From positions 13,702,001-13,766,000 of the forward strand of contig OZ024758.1 in the NCBI GenBank assembly GCA_964016885.1: 64,000 nucleotides of DNA, written 5' to 3'. A program made the position numbers and the translations under genes. Positions 58,801-64,000 of this stretch are shown piece after piece. This stretch comes from Eledone cirrhosa (lineage: Eukaryota). How positions within the stretch are numbered: the first letter of the stretch is position 1; each line of letters opens with the position of its first letter. The notes under the pieces are model-generated. The model saw only the letters and a list, made by a program, of their open reading frames with translations. It ran no database searches and was not told the origin of the DNA.

Positions 58801-60092
58801 AACTTTAATATGAAATATCAGTTGAAATGTTAACTTACCAAGTCTGTAGTCAGTGAGGTTAGAGTTAGACTGGGAGCTTATTGTCATGTAAAACTAAGAA
58901 ATAGCAGTTGAGGTGTTAACTTACCAAGTCTGTGGTCAGTGAGGTCAGTTAAACCAACAGGCTCAGTTCTAATAGCTGGTAAAGTAGATCCAGTTCCTAA
59001 AGAAATGTCTTGCTTTTTAAACTCATGTTTATAGCAAGGTAATTCATTTAGACCTGAAGAATATAAAAAATAAAATTGAGTGTATATACCATATATACTT
59101 GTATATAAGCTGAGAAATATGTGAAAACATTTGATGGTAAAATAGAGGTTGACTTATATTCGAGGTCAATATTTTGATGATTTTCACCAACAGTCAAATT
59201 CTACATAAATGAGGTACTAAAATATATTCATTTTTATATCCATTTTTCCCCACTTGCACGGGTCCTATTAAACACAGCATCTCTCCACATGCTGCATAGC
59301 TCTCTAAATTTCTTCCATCCTCTCCTTATTCTAGCTATTATGTTCTCAGAGCACTCTCCTCCAGTGCTAATTAAGTCACCTAGATAGTAGAAGCTATCAA
59401 CTACTTCTATGGATTCTTTATATTGATGGAAACTGCGGAGTGGGGAGACCCAAGATGACTTGGGATGAGGTGATAAAAGCCGACCTTACCCAACTACACC
59501 TCTCAAAGACAATGACACACGACCGTGACTTCTGGCGTCACGCAGTAATACAGGGTACCCGACCTCCCATGGGTACATGCTGAAGCATATAAACAATATG
59601 CCCCCACTCCCCCCACCGCAAGGTGGTCGTGGAGGTACCACGGCAAAAAAGCACCCAGCCCACACTGTAAAGTGGACGTGTAGGCGCCACGAAAAAGCAC
59701 CCAGCACTCACTGTAAATGAGGTTGGTGTTAGGAAGGGCATCCAGCTGTAGAAATCAAGCCAGATCAGTTCCTGTATGAGCAAGGCATGGTCAGCCGACC
59801 AGACACTGCCCACAACAGGACAACCCGTCTAACCCATGCTAGCGTGGAAGAACGGACGTAAAACGGTGATGATGATGATGATGATGATGATCACACACAC
59901 ACACACTCATTAAACTAATTGTAGGATTTTCTTTTCATTTAAATTCAAGAAACAAAAAAGTCATCACTCACCATTTGAAATATTGAATTTAAGAGTGTCA
60001 AGTAATCTCTGCATTGTGACATCTTCAGGTTTATAAATACAAAATACTCCTTGGAGCTGTCGGTAGACAGAAGGGGCCCAGTTTAGCTTCAT
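52536..60092 (-). CDS. TRUB2: Mitochondrial pseudouridine synthase homolog TRUB2 (328 aa, 8 coding exons)
   Basis: complement(join(52536-52834,53638-53777,53954-54026,55861-55942,56396-56457,58535-58615,58925-59053,59972-60092)) = 987 nt. Motifs GVFCIYKP, SQEAYELACKGLVRP, AVCTQIRCIRHGYFTLEHALLRKFW are TRUB2-specific. Confidence 0.94.
53638..53777 (-). CDS. TRUB2: TRUB2 exon
   Basis: YARVDLQSQEAYELACKGLVRPAQENTPPILYGIKCIDFQLPNFTL. Confidence 0.95.
53954..54026 (-). CDS. TRUB2: TRUB2 exon
   Basis: HIKRSMLDKVCAAAQAQHQKQTF; ttcag| ... |gtaagt. Confidence 0.92.
55324..55615. mobile_element. Inverted-repeat element C with minimal hammerhead (55481-55516, +)
   Basis: Arms ~55324-55444 and 55493-55615; UCUU-CUGAUGA-A-GGAC uagu GUCC-GAAA-CG-UU|AAGA; (TA)n flanks. 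Confidence 0.7.
55861..55942 (-). CDS. TRUB2: TRUB2 exon
   Basis: VYHVKGQFGNTTEDFSIRGRLLQKSSY; ttcag| ... |gtatgt. Confidence 0.92.
56015..56390. repeat. 86-bp dimeric minisatellite (two ~43-bp subunits)
   Basis: CCTTCCCTCCTGACTA core alternating with two different linkers. Confidence 0.9.
56396..56457 (-). CDS. TRUB2: TRUB2 exon
   Basis: MGIQKGIRTINVINDCQFLR; tccag| ... |gtaagt. Confidence 0.88.
56560..57070. repeat. 88-bp tandem repeat, ~5.5 copies
   Basis: ORFs recur every 88 bp; adjacent to and partly matching the RTE 3'UTR sequence. Confidence 0.92.
57163..57348 (-). mobile_element. RTE LINE 3' end
   Basis: RGRPRKTWAEVVRTDL...DRDEWRDAV and (GAT)n tail. Confidence 0.8.
57522..58150. 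repeat. 38-bp minisatellite (CTCCATCAGAAGTTACGGGACCAYAGTCACCCCTAAAA)n, ~16 copies
   Basis: directly visible; no spacers. Confidence 0.95.
58535..58615 (-). CDS. TRUB2: TRUB2 exon (motif II region)
   Basis: LGPRYILSDISLKYSIGLGRYSSGVT; atag| ... |gtaagt. Confidence 0.9.
58925..59053 (-). CDS. TRUB2: TRUB2 exon
   Basis: LNELPCYKHEFKKQDISLGTGSTLPAIRTEPVGLTDLTDHRL; ttcag| ... |gtaagt. Confidence 0.88.
59420..59890 (+). mobile_element. 5'-truncated RTE LINE with ~300-bp 3'UTR (UTR-only copies at 367-540, 1670-1880, 45592-45880, 48850-49235, 54080-54250, 63690-63870)
   Basis: IDGNCGVGRPKMTWDEVIKADL...DRDFWRHAV...* followed by GTTGGTGTTAGGAAGGGCATCCAGCTGTAG and (GAT)n. Confidence 0.85.
59972..60092 (-). 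CDS. TRUB2: TRUB2 exon (ATG directly after an acceptor)
   Basis: ctctttag|ATG; MKLNWAPSVYRQLQGVFCIYKPEDVTMQRLLDTLKFNISN G|gtgagt. Confidence 0.9.
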
Positions 60093-61583
60093 CTAAAGAG
60101 AAAATATTTCACAAAAGATTAGTCTAAACGAAAATACAAACAATTCAACACTAAGTCACACACCACAAGGGTCATCAAAACCGTCCTCTAATACTGTTTG
60201 AATCAATTCAACACACTCACAGCATTACTGCAGGTGATGGCGAGGCTAAGGCGTCGAAACAACCAAGCACCCTCACAAGCATTCCTTTTCTGGTGGAATG
60301 TAATAACTACGAGTAAGAGAGGTCAGGCGTGTTCAAACAAAGAATAAAGGTATGTGTGATTAATTACAGGTAACTAACTCTTCAAGAAACGATAACTTGG
60401 CACAATCGTCAGAGTATCGAATAAAATGTTTTGAAATGTTTCCTAACAGTTGTTAACTTCCGTCGATATCAACTTTTCCTTTCATCCTTCCGATGGAAAG
60501 AATCCGTGTTTTCATATACAATATATTTGTGACTACATTATCTAATGTGTCCCTTTTTAAGACGGTAGGGTGTGATCTGAGGGAGGTTTAGACAGCTATA
60601 GCTATGAAGGTCAAGTGACAATATTAAGGTTCCTTCGTAATCTCTAGAATATTATGAGGTATTGAATGGAATAAATAGAATAATATTGTCTTTATATATA
60701 GTTTAGTTACTTATTGTCTATATGTGTTGGACTTAAAGGATATACGTACACAAATATATACACACAGTTGGTGTAATCGGCTGGGCCCTAAATATATTTT
60801 AACAAGAGATGTCACATATTTTGGTGTTGTTTTTGTGAGGGTCCTAGCAATAGTTAATTGTATTTATTATGTGTGTATATATTTGTGTTTATCAACGACA
60901 TTATATTTGTAATGTTATTCTGAAAGAATTGTGAGCAATCTGTAAAGTTATTTATATACACATATATATATATATTATTTAATAAATATTGAAAATGTAT
61001 ACAGATGCCAAGAAAATGTTAATATACACACAAATCCTATTATAATAGATATGTAACTATATATATAAACGAGGTTTCGTGTAATATCTACCATGAAAAT
61101 ATTATATACTGAAGTGACACTTGTAAATATATTTAGATTCGACTTAAAGATTATAAATTCGGTCTGTTAGTTACCCGAAATAAACAATTACCTTCGCAGA
61201 CATATTGTAGCGTATTGTTCCAAAAATAGGATTGGCATTTTAACGAAAAGAATATTTTTAAAATAGAAAAATAACCCCAGTAAAACTTAACGTTACTGAA
61301 CGGTTTATTAACTTTTAAGTACTTCTATTAATTTTAAAGTTTCGCTTCTTTGTTCATATTTTAAGATACAAAGAATATATATATGTATATATGAATAATA
61401 TGTTAACGAAGAGTGCAACTACATCAGCGATCCTAATTTTAGATCAACTTAGTATCTATATTAATTATAAACAAGTGCTTTCAAAATTAATAATTGTTTC
61501 TACTTTTGGCTGATTGCAACACACGTACGAATGCTTAATTAATAATTAATTGAATTTTGTGTGTTTTTAGTAGAGGCACAACT

Positions 61584-62416
61584 CAAGATTGAATATTTAA
61601 TTGAATTAAGTGTAATTTATTAGGAAATAAGAGAGTAAACCAGTGAAAACTTTACGTAAGTCAGAATAAAAACACAATTAAGAAATAAGAGGTAGATAGA
61701 GTAAAAGAAATAAAGAGAGGGTGAGAAAATTAAGTGTGTAACTAACACTGTTTTGTCTTTCTATCTCTCTCTCTATTTCTCCTTTTTCGCTGTATTATTC
61801 TCATATAAGCAGATCGCAGCGCTACCTTTCGAGTAAATAAAGAAACTCTGTAGAAATATGGGGGATAACTCTATTTGGAAAATTGAGGAACCAGCGAGAT
61901 TCGAACCCATGTAACACTCTCGTCCTGGAGTTAGTAAGCTAAGCTGCTCACCATTCGCTCACATAAGTAAATGTTCGTAGCATCCTCTTTGGGGTAAATA
62001 AAAAACAACAACTTTATCATAAGAATTGGAGATAATTCTTCTGGTACTATAGTGAAGTGAACAAGATTCGAACCCATGAATCAGGACACTTCTGAAATTA
62101 ATAAGTAAGTCGAGCTGTTAACCATTCGGCCACATAGGTAACTGCTCATAGTGTCCTCTGTAGTGAAATGAACAAGATTCGAACCCGTGTAAGATGATAA
62201 TACGGAGGTTGCTACTAACTCAGCCAAGTAGGACAAAAAGGTAAACGTTATTTAAAATAAGGTTTATAAAGAGAAAGCAAATTTTAAAGCGTTTCCTGAA
62301 AGAGGGGGGGATGTCTTCATTTTGTTTTTTATACTCTCTTTTACCTAAATATTTCACTGTTTTACTCTCTTATTTCCTAATAAATTCGACTTAATTCCTT
62401 TAAATATTCAGTCTTG
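61584..62416. mobile_element. ~95-bp imperfect inverted repeats enclosing three tandem tRNA-like units
   Basis: IRs 61584-61678 and 62320-62416; minus-strand A/B box units at ~61890-61965, 62060-62135 and 62170-62230. Confidence 0.55.
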
Positions 62417-62469
62417 GTCATAATAAACTAGTTTCTTTATTTATGTCACAATTAGAACTTTTATTTCGC

Positions 62470-62710
62470 AATGCAGACGACAAGAAGACAAACAAATACC
62501 GGAGGAAATTTTATGGCCGCTTTACACCCTTTACACCGGTCGGCGTCGAGACCTCAGCCGTCCTCGGACCCCGGACAGCCGACCTCTTCCGTAAAATCGG
62601 ATCGATAGCAGACAGTCCGTCTGAGGAAGGAGCCCAACGAGGTGGGATTGCTGTTGCAGCGTATGTAGCTGGCCATTGTCCGCGGGGCACAGCCGAAACA
62701 TCGCTCTGAT
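62470..62710 (+). mobile_element. Decayed restriction-like-endonuclease (CRE/R2-group) non-LTR retrotransposon fragment
   Basis: ADDKKTNKY...FTPVGVETSAVLGPRTADLFRKIG, then frameshifted QRM*LAIVRG, resembling the KxxKY / PxxxET / QRxxxAIxRG RLE motifs. Confidence 0.6.
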
Positions 62711-63894
62711 CTAGGTGTAGAGTCTGTCACCCTCACTCCTTCCCTCTTTCTTTCTCCTTTTGTCAAGTAGTCCTTGCTCTTTCCTTCTTTTTCCTCTCAT
62801 TTATGGCATTTATAGTTCTTTCCAATACTGCTTTCTTTTTCTGTATGTTTAACTAAACACAAATTACCTCTCTCTCTTTAAAAGGTCTACATTATGTAAC
62901 ATCTACTGTTTAAGATGTTAGGAGACGTATATTTGGATGCTATTTCTAGCAGGTCGAGCGAGCTAGTAGTGTCTCAGTAGTTATCAGAAGTACGTCTAGG
63001 GATACATTATCTGATATTTAATGTATATTTATAAATGTATAATTTAGCTGTTATTTTTGGCAGATTGAACGAGTTGGTATAATTTCAACAGTTGCCTCCC
63101 TTTACATTTTGAAGATATCGTAGAGGAATTATGAAAAAGCGATACCATTTCGTGAACTGTTGTCGCTGACAATTTACAAATTCCTCCCTGGTATGCAACA
63201 TATGTAAGGGAGGCAACATAAGGACACAGATAAATATATATATATATACATGCTGTTTTACCTTTAATAGGACGAGGTTACTCCCCTCCTGTGTTTTATA
63301 CTTTAGAATTTGGTTAGCATATTATATTAAGAAGGTGGTCTGTCTTTCCGTTTGTTGCGCTCACTTTATATAGAGAGGGGGAGCGCCAAGCGAGAGATAT
63401 GTAGATATATATAGAGAGACAAAAGAACGCTATGTGTTTTCGAGGTGACAGAAAGTTATGACGTAACCCTCATCTACATATATATATAGAGAGAGAGGGG
63501 GGAGCGCCAAGCGAAAGAGTTGTGTATAAATAGAGAGAAAAGAAACACCATTTGTTTAGAAAGAGTGTGTGTGTGAAAATGGATGTTAAACGACGATGAT
63601 GATGACATACATACATACATACATACATACATACATACATACATACATGCGTATGTTCATCCACCCATCCATACATGTGTAAATATCATTATCATTATCA
63701 CCGGTTTACGTCATTTTCCAGGCTAGCATGGGTTAGACGAGTTGTCCTGTTGTGGGCAATGTTAGGTCAGGTGACCATGTCTTTCTCATACAGAACTGAC
63801 TAAGGCTTGGTTTTCATTTACACTGGATACTGGGTGCTTTTTGCTATGACGCCTACACGACCACTTTACAGTACATACATACACACACACACAC

Positions 63895-63926
<32 letters not shown>

Positions 63927-64000
63927 AAGTATACTCTACAAGGTTCCTCCTAATAAATTCGATATGGGATAGTTCACAAATTAAAAGACAATGGAACATT

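Overview
AT-rich, microsatellite-dense animal genomic DNA. The repeat families suggest an Octopus-like cephalopod, but that is inference. I read four spliced genes by eye from GT-AG junctions with consistent phase: the last five coding exons of GMPPA (+, 3686-11649); the last four exons of flotillin-1 (+, 22007-23688), whose 5' exons are missing next to a 200-N gap at 18763-18962; a complete SNX10/11-like PX-only sorting nexin (+, 42128-50956, 192 aa); and a complete mitochondrial pseudouridine synthase homolog TRUB2 (-, 60092-52536, 328 aa). Nearly all long ORFs in the supplied track are tandem-repeat artefacts. Introns and intergenic DNA hold tRNA-derived SINEs, RTE/CR1/CRE LINE fragments, a TTAA-specific piggyBac-like MITE, a Helitron 3' end and large minisatellites. 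The most striking signal is a set of about 10 minimal type I hammerhead ribozyme motifs from at least three sequence families, several sitting in near-perfect ~300-bp palindromes inserted in (TA)n. These are probably Penelope-like pLTR derivatives, and one carries a U3-A8 compensatory core. TRUB2 has Gly in place of the catalytic Asp, and the PX domain lacks two canonical PI3P-binding residues.
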